Positions 1 to 11,977 of a DNA stretch of 64,000 bases are shown in pieces. The stretch is from Tubiluchus corallicola. Lineage: Eukaryota > Animalia > Priapulida. The notes below the pieces were generated by a model. It had not been told where the DNA came from. It was given only the letters and a program-made list of their open reading frames with translations, and did no database searches. Positions within the stretch are counted from its first letter, which is position 1, and every line of letters begins with the position of its first letter. The translations under genes and the position numbers were made by a program. The stretch spans positions 13,618 through 77,617 of the forward strand of contig JAQGDQ010000253.1 in assembly GCA_030141605.1 (NCBI GenBank), given 5' to 3'.

Positions 1-354
1 ACGGGGCATTTTGCAGGCTGATATAAATTACTCGCCTCATTAGAGAGTTACCGCAGCAAGTGCATCTCGACAATACACCTGTCCTTGTAGCTCATAAAAA
101 AAGAGATAATCATCTAATAAAGTTAATGTTGCATAAAAAAGCCTACGATACGAGAACGATGACGCAGTGGCATGCCATGTGGTGCTGTTATCTGCTGCAG
201 TCGTCATTCACAATTAAAACGCAGCTGCTAAGCAAGACAAGTAAAAAGGTACTAGGCTACTGTTGAAAATGTTGAATGTTGGGTAGCTAAAAAAATTTTG
301 TGCCACGAAGGTCGCTGTTGTTGTAGATGGCTGCTTTTATCTTTTTTTCCTGTA

Positions 355-686
355 TATCAAATCAGGATCTGTATAATAAAGTTAAGGCAGGGAAATGGGC
401 AGTTAAAATCAAAAGGAGGAGATTAAGCTGGATAGGACATGATACTGCTACCAGATGACAGTCCATTAAATTAGCTTTCAAAGAAACACTACAGAAAAAA
501 GAAACAAAAAGAAGGACAGCCACTGACTTACATCAATTTCATCCAAAAAGATCTTATCAACACACCATTAGATATCAAAAATACAGAGACATGGTAGTTT
601 GCGGGTGACAGGGCAGCATGGTCTGAAGTAATAGCAAAGGTCATGTTAGAGGACATGTGACTCCGAAGATGAGATGATGATGATGA
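355..686 (+). mobile_element. 5'-truncated RTE-clade LINE 3' end (decayed)
   Basis: Manual translation across frameshifts gives ISNQDLYNKVKAGKWAVKIKRRRLSWIGH...LLPDDSP...GQPLTYINFIQKDL...W*FAGDRAAWSEVI, matching the RTE ORF C-terminal pattern (IxxRRLxWxGH...GRP...DRxxW). It ends in a (GAT)n tail. Flanks TTTTTCCTGTA (344-354) and TTTTTCTTGTA (687-697) form a probable TSD with 1 mismatch. Confidence 0.8.
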
Positions 687-873
687 TTTTTCTTGTAGCT
701 GATCCAGTTGTTCCCGTTGTTGTCGTTGTTGTTTACGCTGTTGCTCTTCTCATTGCTCTTGCCATTGCTCATTATCATTGCTATTGCCATTATTATCATT
801 GCTGATTGCTATGTGTACTTTTTGTGAAAAACAAAACAATTTCTACGGCTGAATTAAAACATTAATCAGAGAA

Positions 874-1089
874 ACGTCTGCTGTGTTCATGAGTGGTGTT
901 TGGATTATTTCTTATAATGGAAATACTGAAATTGACAGGAGATGCAGCAGAAAGCATCAAGAGAAAACGCATAACTCCTCGACATATAATGCCAGACGTG
1001 AGAAATGGTGTCGGGTTAAACAAGGTGTTAACAAAGAGGTGTTTCCAAATGTATACAGAAGATTCTTGCCAATGAAAAAAAACAAATAA
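874..1089 (+). pseudogene. Partial, frameshifted paralog of the H2A variant at 1905-2300
   Basis: Aligns by eye to ~2070-2300 (TCTGCTGTGTTCATGAGTG, GGAAATACTG, ATGCAGCAGAAAGCA, ACTCCTCGACATATA). Translates as EILKLTGDAAESIKRKRITPRHI. It has a net +1 frameshift near 900-915, a ~19-nt deletion near 1030-1045, and no 5' half. Confidence 0.88.
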
Positions 1090-1904
1090 TAATGCCCTTT
1101 AGGTAAAGTCCAGCAAATTATATCTCCAAATCTACTGTGAGGATTACTGTTAGTACTGGTGACGTGTCAAGAAGATAGAGAGTTTAAATTAAACATTAAC
1201 CGAAGCTACCAAAGTTATTATAATATAAATATAGTTTATATTATCTAAACAGTTTTGTAAATGTTGGTTACATAGTAAGATAGTTTATAGATGATTAATC
1301 GTTATCAGTACCAGTTTTTCCCCGAGATTTCTTAGTCAAAATTCTATATCCGCATACGTGTAATGCTGTTGTTTTTGCGGCTACTGCTACCGGTGATGGT
1401 AGTGGTGGCGGTTGTATTGATGCTGCTGGGGTGGTGTTGGTGTTGGTGTTAGTGTTGTTGCTACTGCTGGCGTTTTTTTTAATATTTTTGTTTGCTAGTG
1501 GCAATGTAGGTGGTTGTACAACGCAACCGCTATTTATTTATTGCAGCAACTGAAATTAAATGAGTCCAATGTTCATAATCTTGTTTACATTGCACTATAT
1601 CACCCCACTTGTTGATCTACAAGTCTGTAATTTTATAATGTGAGAATTTATATTATGAACTTTTATAATTTCATGATTGTGTGGTTTTCGTAGACTGTTG
1701 GGGTGGTTTTGAATTGTGCTTAATAAGGTGTATAGTTATACTATCATTTATCATCTTTGACTAACCTCATTTATCATCAAATTTCTCAAAAAACTGTTTC
1801 TCGGGTGGACCAGGTATTCTCGGACTAATTTTAATTTTAAAAAATAACAAGAATCATACTTATGGTGCATCATACATCAAACATAAGGCAGAATACTTAA
1901 TACA

Positions 1905-2300
1905 ATGCGCCGTAGAACGCGTATGAAGAACAGAAGATCTGGACTTGTATTTCCTGTTGGTAGATGTCTGCGTTATATGAAAAAACAAAGCAATTCTGCT
2001 CGCTGGATTAAAAGCCAGTGGCAGAGTGGCAAATTTCAAAATGAAGTTTATGCAAGAAGAATAGGCACAACATCTGCTGTGTTCATGAGTGCTGTGTTGG
2101 AATATCTTACAGCGGAAATACTGGAATTGGCAGGAAATGCAGCAGAAAGCAACAAAAGACAACGCATTACTCCTCGACATATACTGTTAGCCGTGCGAAA
2201 TGATGCCGAGTTAGACAAGTTATTAAAAAATGTTGTGCTTCCCGGAGGCGGGGTAGTTCCCTATGTGTGCAAAGAACTTTTGCCAAAGAAAAAGCTTTAA
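1905..2300 (+). CDS. Divergent histone H2A variant (macroH2A-like histone fold, no macro domain, L1 insertion), 131 aa
   Basis: H2A hallmarks are present: [50 protein letters not shown]. The frame is intact from ATG to TAA with an in-frame upstream stop at 1884. No histone stem-loop is seen downstream. ATTAAA at 2455-2460 suggests polyadenylation. Confidence 0.93.
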   Translation: MRRRTRMKNRRSGLVFPVGRCLRYMKKQSNSARWIKSQWQSGKFQNEVYARRIGTTSAVFMSAVLEYLTAEILELAGNAAESNKRQRITPRHILLAVRNDAELDKLLKNVVLPGGGVVPYVCKELLPKKKL

Positions 2301-3623
2301 AGAATGGTGCAATTTAGAGTAACCGCAGAATCAAATAGCTCCGAACGTTTGTCAGTGTTTCAAGAAATCGAATGGTTTAAAAGTATGCATCCGCCAAATG
2401 TTTAGTTCATACACTAAAAAACTATAATAAGATCAAACTATATTATGTAAACAAATTAAAGAAATATGTTTAATTTTCTGTGCTTATTGTGCAGCACATG
2501 CATGTAGGAGTGGCAGTCTCATCAAGCCTATTCTGCTCATCCGTGCCTATCCACTAGTTTCTGCCGTGTCTCACTTTTCTGTAACTGAATGTGGTCAGTA
2601 ATTTTAAATTTCTGTGTTTCATTTGCGTTTTTCAGTTGCTATACTTCGTATTTTGCTACCTTTAGCTAGTGTGCTATCTTTATGTGTTAATAATGTAAAA
2701 ATCTTTCCCGAAAACTATTATTAGTTATTTTCTATAATCTTCTTTCTTTCATTCGTCTGAAGATAAACTATTGTGATAGTTCGAAACGTCAAGTCTTTTT
2801 TTCATTTCTTAATTGTGGGAGTAGTTTTTCATTAATTGTTCACTGAGTTCATAAATTTAATTACATAACTAAGAAGGTTGATATAGGTCGTTCATCTCTC
2901 GTCGATTCCTTTGCCTTATATATATATATTTATATATATATATAAACGTATTCATTTACCGCGAACTCAAACTGAGGAAATCATTATTCTGTCAGAAAAC
3001 TGTTGGTTGTTAAAATATTTGAAGCTGCTTGATATTTGCAAAAGTGATTGCGGATTCATGTTTCACTGTGGCTGTGAGCACCGTCCTATGCAGGCATATG
3101 AATTTGGCTGGCGCAATCATAGATTTTAGCAAAGAACCTTAAATTTTCATAATAAAATGATCGTAAACGCACACATAACACAGAATTGAAAAGCCATGGC
3201 CAAATTTGCATTTGCTTTGAAGTTATTACAATACTAAATCGGTGAAATAATTTAACACGGCACATGTCTTAGTCTGCTCGTTTAATGCAAGGGGGAGTTC
3301 ATGTTCAGCCTGTTGTTGAAACAAGTGTCCTACAAGTTGTAGGACAAGCAGACAAAATTATTATTTATTTAAATGTCTAAACATAACAATTGGTGTATAA
3401 TACGAAAATACTAGAATTTTGGAAAAATTGAAATCTTCGGCCAGTTTTTTATACAATTAGATGCACTGCAACTCCGAATTCAGCATTCAAAAACTACTTA
3501 ACGATGTTATATGAAGCGAGATCAGAATCTGGCTCACCAAGGCTATGCCAATGAAGTCATTGTCCATGCCAATATGTCATAGCGTCCATACATTTTCAGT
3601 GTTATCGTTAGACAAGCATTTAA

Positions 3624-4265
3624 AGGAAAACCGGACTCAATTTTAAACTGTAGAATCTTAAACTGTCAAAATAATCCACTCTTTAAAATATTGAAATGAA
3701 ACGTATTATTTTTTAAAATGACTTGCGTCAAAGAATTAATACCACACAAACACAATTTCACATTCGCGCCACTACTTTTTCGCTATTACATGCATTTCTC
3801 TTTTCGCTAGTTAGACGGGAACTAGCGCCTGCATTTCGGAAACGCGTTGCACAAAAAACAGGTGCTGTACCTCTCAGTTCAGATGTGTTAGTTTGTGATG
3901 AACTACAAACGTTTGACAGCTGATGCATGAGCACAGCGGCAAATTTGAAATTTGAATTTTTGTGTTAAAAGTTGCCTAGTTTTAGTACAACACATTGAAT
4001 GTCTGACACTATATACACTATAGTAGTTCTGTACTTCAATTTTTGCTTTCGCAAACGCGTGTAACACAGTCGTGGAATAGTTTTTGCTTTTGAAAATTGG
4101 TAGTTTGTGATGTCATCAATAGTTGGGTCGCTCGACGTTAATTAAGTTTTTAATCTATTATTTAACTATCAGAAACGCTTTTGCAGTATTAATTGTGTTA
4201 AAATGAATACTTTTTGTCGGAATTAAAAATGGGTCGTAGTATATGAAAGAGCATACTGTCTTCCT
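3624..4265. mobile_element. Probable Kolobok-type non-autonomous DNA transposon (MITE)
   Basis: TTAA|AGGAAAACCGGAC on the left (same terminus as the element at 52188-52740) and GTCTTCCT|TTAA on the right. The TIR is imperfect, with TTAA on both sides. Confidence 0.55.
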
Positions 4266-5149
4266 TTAACAGGTTGCATAGTTTGTCGTTTTTGACAACT
4301 AGCTAGAAACTCAGTGAATTTCAATCGCCGTCTGACTATAGGTTTTGAATCTCTGTGAAAACATCGCACTTCAAATTGCTAACTAGTTTTTTTTCTTGGT
4401 GGAAACAATTGACAATATCAAGCTTTGCAACCAAGTATAACATGCTAAAGTTTGTTGCCGTGTTCTCTTGTACGGTTGTTAAAACTATATTATATATTAT
4501 ATATGTATTTGTGTTTTACTGATATTTCATGTACAGTTTATTTACTATTAACTACCAGTTTTACTGGTGTTTTAACTACCGTTTATTTACTATTAACTAC
4601 CAGTGATTGACGTTTTTACACACTGTAACACATGTGAGCCATTCAAGCATTACTGCGCTCCAAAGTGTTGCACCACATAGTGATTGAACCACACGGCAGT
4701 TGCACTGTATTGTGGTTGCACCACATGATAGTTGCACCTCAACGTAAGAGCACCACTCGGTGGTTGATCAGTTTATACTTGGAACTTATAATTCATTTTT
4801 GCCTAAATTCTGTAAGTACAGATAATGTCACAATACAGATGGCCAATAAGAAATCTGAATCTGAACAACACAGCAGAGTTCCTTTAGAAATATTCCTGCA
4901 GCGCACATGAATGGAAAAGAAATGACACTATCTAGTGTGCATTTATACTGTCCAATACTATATACATCAAAAGTATTCCCTCAAATTCCCTATAATTAGG
5001 AGGTAACACTAGTAGTTATCGGCAAATAAAAAAATTCAAATTCTTGTGTTCAAAATAGCTCAGTCTTCATGATTCATGGTGTCACCACTAGTTTTTCTAA
5101 AGACATGTAAAACTCAAGAATAAAGAAAAATGCGATTAGAAGTGCAGGT

Positions 5150-5640
5150 TAGTCAAGAGAGGTTAAGTATATATACATTATATAATACATACATTATATA
5201 CATTATATGCAAGAAACCTCGTGAGATTAAATACATTACATTATTTATATATATAATACATATATTATACATTATGCGCTGCTTATAAAAATGCATATAA
5301 GTTATATACATTACATTAATTATACGTACATAATACATTATACATTACACAACTCCTTATCAAAATATACATAACAGACGACAATGCCGAACACATGACA
5401 GTTGATAAAGATATATTATGTTAACAAAATAAACAAAAAAAAACGCAGAAAAACACAGGTAGTCAATAGATACTGAACAAATAATTTTTCATTTCTTTCT
5501 TAAATTTGTAAATTGAGCAAACTTGCTTTACAGTTACAGAGAGAGAATTCCCGATTTTAGGTGCAGACATTCTTATAAAGTGTTTCATTGTACCGGTTCT
5601 ACAGGGCGGTATAATCTATTCATTAAATCTGGTGTTATGG
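5150..5640 (-). mobile_element. CR1/L2-group LINE 3' end remnant
   Basis: 5639-5463 reads HNTRFNE*IIPPCRTGTMKHFIRMSAPKIGNSLSVTVKQVCSIYKFKKEMKNYLFSIY*, matching the HNTR...P+WNSLP...FKKxLK ORF2 C-terminus of CR1/L2-group LINEs. An AT-rich 3'UTR-like tract follows; its boundary is approximate. Confidence 0.7.
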
Positions 5641-7329
5641 ACTTCGGGGTCTGCGACCTCACATAGAATTTTCTCTCAAGAATCTGGGCTGTTTTGCTTA
5701 TCAAGAGTTCTTTCGTAGGTATTCAGTTTTTACAGAATGTGAAGCCATTTGGCATTGCGGCTTCTGCCTTATTTTGTGTAATTTCTGCCTCTTCGGTACA
5801 AAAGACGCTTCGCTCCTATTGCTAGACAACTGTAGAATCGTTTAGTATTCATCACTGGTTCTGGCGAATATTGATTGGAGTTCTTGAGATTTTTCACTCA
5901 AAGTAAGTCAAGACGGGTAGAACGCGCTCAAGCAAGGTCTATAGTGCAGGATCAAGGTTCGATGTGATTAGTTTTTATCAATACACAGATGGACATATGC
6001 ACGTAACCGTATAGGCATAAATGCATGCAATCTATTCATTGACGAAAGAGCATAATTAATTTGAAAACAGTGAATTAACATTAATTTTCTTAGATTGTTC
6101 TTAACCGAAACATGTTTTTGTTAATAGTAAAACATAATAGGCTTGAAGAAACGATCAATTTTCCTAATTAAACCATTTTCTAAATGTACGTCTTTGATTT
6201 ACGAAAAATCTCTTTCTTGTGGAAGATATTTTCATAGATCTCAGCAGTAGCTAGGTGCATGACAATAACATGACATGACAATCTCAAGCAGCTGCAACGA
6301 TACATGAATCTAGTTGCTGGTTTTTTGTTTGTGTATCTCACGGGGTTTTAGTTTGATGAATGTCTGTTTACGTCAATTCCACCTCCTACACGATCCAATT
6401 TGACAATGCTTCAGGATTGCGAGCTGGGGGTGGGGGGATTCACGTGTTTGGTAGGATTTGTTCTTTGCAGAGGCTTGGTTTATTGTGAAGAAACTGTATT
6501 AGAATACTTGTGGATATTCAAAGCGGCTCACTTGCTTGCTTGTTTACTTGCGAAGTCTAAGAGACCTAACCATAACACGGTTTTTGACGGTCGCAGTTAT
6601 TTTTAGAAATCGGCCAAGCACAATAGTGAACGCGCACTGCATCATCCCGAATTCACAATGCATAAATACATATTCTGTGAAATCTAGTTTCCGGATGCTA
6701 TTGCAGTAGTTTTTATAAAACGTTTAAGCAACTTTTAAGCAAAACTGTAATCTTTTCAAAACGAAGTAACTTTTTCTCAACCTATCATTTTTGATACAAA
6801 AGAGGCCATTAAATTTTACATCATCTTGAAAATTTGTCACGTATCATATAAATAAATGGGCGGTGGAACCGCCTTTCAAGGTAAATTAAAGTAAAAAACT
6901 GTTTTATAGAAAGGTTGCTTTGATAATGAACTAGATTCAGGCCAAGGCATCATCTTCATCATTAACATTAATAGTAGGTCATAGTAGGCAACACGAGAGG
7001 AGAAGTGAGCGAGAGTATTGTACAAATAATTTAGGAGAACAGGAGAAAATATTTCCGGGAAACAATAATTTATTCGAGACAACAGTGACCCGTTGGATTT
7101 CCGTTCACGTCTGCTGACTCGCATGGAAGTTGTAACTAATTTTATTGTGCTAACTTAAATTTTAGTTAATTTTCTGGTAATTATGGCATCTAATTATTTT
7201 GATGGGGAGGGTTATAGTGTTGGGTGCTCTTCTTTGCTCTCGCCTCATGAACTTGACTACAGTACGTGACCTTCACGAAGAACTAGTATGATTATGGTAG
7301 CAGATCTAGGCTTCCTGCTGTTGTTTCAG

Positions 7330-7575
7330 ACATGTAAAGTAATAATTCCGTGTAAGTAATATGATGGAGCGACAATCAATTTGCTTGGAGGCAAATGATA
7401 CTTGAACAACTTAGTTAATACATCTACAAAACAGGGCACTAAGTATTATCTTCTACGTGGAATATTCAAGTAAGTGCCTTAACTAAAAGTAAAAAAAACA
7501 GAATTTTTTTTGCTAGAAGTTAAAGAGCACGAAATAGCCACTGACGAAGACATACATCGCTAGCAAACGTAAAGC
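7330..7575 (+). mobile_element. Possible highly decayed Penelope-like 3' end
   Basis: Fragments RQSICLEA and KTGH*VLSSTWN resemble the PLE GIY-YIG C-terminus. They are followed by CTGACGAAGAC...CAAACGT (7541-7570), a degenerate PLE hammerhead-like motif. Confidence 0.35.
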
Positions 7576-8309
7576 AGACTATATTTCAGTCAATTCTCAG
7601 CAAAATTAATCACATTATTACACAGAATTGGACCATAACCATGATTTAACTGACAGATTAACTACGTCTCTAACGATCCGTTAATGTTTTCACAATGGCA
7701 AAACTACATACATAATTAGCATGGAACAGTTAGGAAGAGGAACGCACGTGCAAGCCGTCTCACAGAATCTTATGCCAACGGGTGATCTCACTTCCGTTTC
7801 CGTGGCAGATTCGGGATCAAAGAATATCACGCCATGTTATTCAAGTGGGGGAAATCACTATGGATAGTCCCCGCGAGTCTTCCGTTCTAAGTAATGCAGT
7901 AGTACAGGAATTAATTAGACACAAGCATCAGCATCAGCAACACTTTGAAATTTCTGCATGAATGCCAATAAGCATCGACTAGATGACATGTGCAGACGAA
8001 ATTAAAAGTGACAGGCTGGACGACGCAAGTGAAAACGTACTAATGATATTCCATGTTAAACTGTCTTGCTCAAGGTTTCACTGGAATGAGTTAAGCTATA
8101 CCTCGAGCAACTTCCCGATAAAATAGTGTTGACTTTCTCATCTTTCTCTTATCTGTTTTCAGAAAAATGGAGAAATGAGGTAAATGGCATACGTATAGTC
8201 TCAGAACAAGCAAAAGGAGAGGGGAAGCGAAATGAAAAAAACAGGAGAAGAAAACCTGAGGCAACAAAAGACAGGAGATAAAAACAGGAAAAACAAACCA
8301 TGTGCGCGT

Positions 8310-8465
8310 GCTTATGTGCTTGTCTTAGAGAGAGAAAGAAAGAGAGAGAGAGACGGGGTGAGAAGAAAAGGAGAAAGAGAAGAGACAGATTGGGAGAGAC
8401 GGGGGAGAGACAAAAGCAGAGAGGGAGAGAGGGGGGACAGCGACAGGGGAGGAACAAGAAGGAGG
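8310..8465. repeat. GA-rich low-complexity tract
   Basis: Directly visible purine/(GA)n run; explains the ORFs at 8149-8525. Confidence 0.9.
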
Positions 8466-8604
8466 TATAAATTTTAAGCAAAACAACCCAAAGAGTGCGA
8501 ATATCAAACGTCTAATTATGATCAAAACTAATGATTTTTGTCATGTTTTTACTGTTTTATTCAGCGTTATAATAACAAAATAGGTGGTTTTCATATCATC
8601 CTGA

Positions 8605-9248
8605 AACAAAACAGTAAAAACGACTGTAACAAAATGAGTACTTTTAAATTCTGGTAACACCCAAATGACTTGGTAACTATGTGCAGACTCTCTGGTTTCA
8701 TGTTTTCATAATTTTCCGCTTATGCAATCACGCATCCGCTCTGCCTGATATTTCCGATAAACCTCCAGGTGGGAGCGGCACAGCATGATTCATACCTGAG
8801 TGTTAATTATTAATTAGGACCCACTTGTTTGTATCCGGCTTCGGGTGATTAAATTATTATCTGAAGCTCACAGGTGGTTAGACCTAAGTGATGCTTCATT
8901 ATTAACTTATAAATTCTTCTTAGCAGTTCTCACGTATTTTGAACATGGGCACTTTTAACCTTTTACTGCCGTGACTATTGCTCCCTCTTTAGAAATGTAA
9001 GCTTAAATGTAGACTAGGCCTAGAAAAAAATTCATTTAAATGTAGAATCATGTGCAGCACGCGCAAAATTATGTGATGATAAAATAGTGCAAGTTGTTGT
9101 AACAAAACAGTAAACGACTGTAACAAAATGAGTAGTTTTAATTTCTGGCAACACCCAAATGACATTTACTTTGATAACCATTTGCAGACTCTTTGGTTTT
9201 GTTGTTTTGATAATTTTCGACTTATGCCATCACGCATCCACTCTACCT
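8605..9248 (+). repeat. Local direct duplication, ~145 bp (8605-8746 and 9101-9248)
   Basis: Both copies share AACAAAACAGTAAA..CGACTGTAACAAAATGAGTA..TTCTGG.AACACCCAAATGAC..TGCAGACTCT..ATAATTTTC..CTTATGC.ATCACGCATCC.CTCT.CCT. Confidence 0.9.
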
Positions 9249-11977
9249 CACAGTCATAAGATAATTAAACGTTACACAGTCATGACTAGTTTATGTGCCT
9301 CCGAAATGAAAAGGTGCGGTAAATGAGAAAACAATAGGCTCTACCAAAACTGTATTTTTAGACACTCAAGTGGCACAATTTCGATATTTATGAAAAACGT
9401 TTTTGTTTGTGAAAGTTATATTTGCAAAAGCTACACGGCACATTATACATTTCTATAATTTCATGATTTTATCAGAATGGAGCAAATGGAGAATAAATTA
9501 GATTTATTATATTATATATATATTGATCAGAATTTTTAAGCCCGGAATATTTTCTCCGCGAATTTTAGTGGTATATAACCACCACGTTTCCTAGGCTGCC
9601 CACGCAGGCAAACATGATCAACTTAAGCTGATCTTATCACATGAATCGCGCGTGTACCAAAAGTGTTTTGCAGCATTTGAATCAACTTCACCAAAAGTTA
9701 CAACGTTTGTGGAAAAAAAATTGTTGTTTCAAAATTATATCGATGACAGTCTTGCCTTTGCTTTCTCTGCCGATCGTTGAGAAAAATGTTAGAAAGTTTT
9801 AGCATTGAAACTGTGATAAGCGCCTCGTGTAATTAATAATTTAATTTAAAATCGCGATCATTTCACGCTTGGCACTCATTTTGGTGAAAAATGGCGTCAT
9901 CTGGTTACCGTGCAATATAAACAGTTATTCTGCCAAATGCTTCAGCAATCTTTTTTGGCTTATAGAGCGAACTCTATAAACTAAGTAACCCACCCGGCAC
10001 CTACTGTATGCTCGCAAGTTTACATGTGTATGCGAAAGTCAACAAAAGTCTGTAAATTAATTACATTTACCCAATCAGTGTATACTACTGGCACATTTCA
10101 TGGTATAATCCTGTGGGTTACTGCTACGTAATCACTTTAAACTTGGAAATCTTGGTCATAATTGATCAAATGCCTAATTTTTACATAAACACATTTAAAT
10201 GCAACAGTAAAATAACTGAACTTATGAGTGAACTGTAGAAATTTCTCAACGAGTACCTTCATCACAGGTTGCCTTTACAGCCTTCACGCTGCCCAGCAGA
10301 CACCAGTTACGTCATTTTGTTCAAATATGCCGGCAGCGACGTTCGCTTGGCAGGAGATAAAAAATATTTAAATTTCTTTTACATTTTAAGCAGAGCATTC
10401 TATGCGCATATATTGTTTGGTGCTACCAATATTTTTAATTATGTATTAAAATGCAATAAATGTTGTTCGAGGGTTGGTTCTACCTTTAATTAAAATACTC
10501 TTCATATGCCAGGGCCTTTACATGATCTCACAGTTAAGCTGCTAACCTTTTTGATTTTTCCGTTGTTTCCATTTGGCCTCCACATCATCACCTGAGCACT
10601 CATCTTGATAAGCTTCTGTCAGACAGACACCACTAATCGGCTAATAAATACACGAAGCTAAACAAAATGATGATTGCAGCTCATCTGTGGTATGTCATAA
10701 ATGCATGTACATTACACAACATTCCAACTTTCACTGATTATTTGAAGACGATGTTAGAGTGCATAAAATCATAGCTTCCAAACAATGTTAACACAGATAA
10801 TTTTGCTAGCAAGGATCTGCTCTTCGTCGAGTATCACTCAAGAAAAATAGCCAAGTTTCCAAGAGAATTATTCGTGGTAGTAAGCACTGTCTAACTTCTG
10901 ATACTGTATATTTATGCAGGCGTAATCCTAAATCAATAATAAAAATATGACAAACACACGTTTTAGCTAACAGCAGATTTATGTGGCGAACACGCATTCC
11001 TCATAACTCACAGTATCAATCTGCGGCAATAATTTACTAATAAAATACTGGTAATGAAAAACTCCAAGAAGCAAATTATTCTAATAACGTGTACCGAGTT
11101 CAGTGGACGACACTCAATCACCGCCTTTTCTTTCTCCTAATTAAGTCAAAATGTGACGAAAGCTTTTTCAATACGATCATGAATGAATAAGGAGTCGCGA
11201 AGTGTGTGTTTAGTGCCGCAGCGTCCCAGCAGGCTTCAGTTTGTAGAAATTAGTGCAGATCAATGCACAATTGTGCTCGAGAGGCCGTAGTTTACATAGT
11301 GGGTAAAAGCACAGTTGCGGTGCAGACGTCCCGCTCAGTTATAAAGCTGTCGCTCACGCCTTTACCAGAAAGGCGAACACCCAGTAAGCTCCAATGAGTT
11401 AACTCTAGAGTCTTTGGCGACCTTGCAAAGACGTCTCTGTGCACTTACGACTAGCCTTTGACGTTCGGTTGCTCATTTTCCTATAAATGTCATCAAATTG
11501 TCATTAGGGAAAAGCATATGCGATGCTGCTGAATACGCGGGCTTCATGTTGTGAGTGAGTGAATGGCAGACTGCAGTCTGTAAGCGAACAAACCCTATTA
11601 GATGCTTGACATTTCTGCATTGTGTGCGTTACAACGGAAAATCAGATTCAGTTTCCGTTGCACAGTGTATAGGTAAGCACCACGTAAGGATCATTATCCA
11701 GCATGCTCTAACGCTAGCTCATGCAATTTGATAAACATTATTAGGAAATATGCTTCCGTTTTTTTTTCGAGGACTGTGAGTTAGGTCAAAACACCATTTA
11801 GGAACACAATTTTTCAGCAAAAATTTTCTAGAAAGACCTTAAAATATTAAAAGCTTAATTAACGCCTGGTTTTCTTACTCAAGTTTCTACTCATGTCTGT
11901 TTAGAGAAACTGCAAGCACTCGCCTATGAGTGCACGCTTGCACCCACTGTACTCACAATTATACACTATATGAAAAC

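Noticed and set aside
1860-2180. 106-aa antisense ORF over the H2A gene
   Set aside because: Shadow frame of the H2A coding strand; no recognisable features.
2301-2500. Replication-dependent histone stem-loop or histone cluster
   Set aside because: No GGYYYTTYTNARRRCC-type hairpin was seen after the stop, and no H1, H2B, H3 or H4 genes occur in the window.
6342-10345. Minus-strand exon-like segments at ~6494-6342 and ~10345-10257 as the shared downstream coding exon
   Set aside because: Each has stop codons in all three frames.
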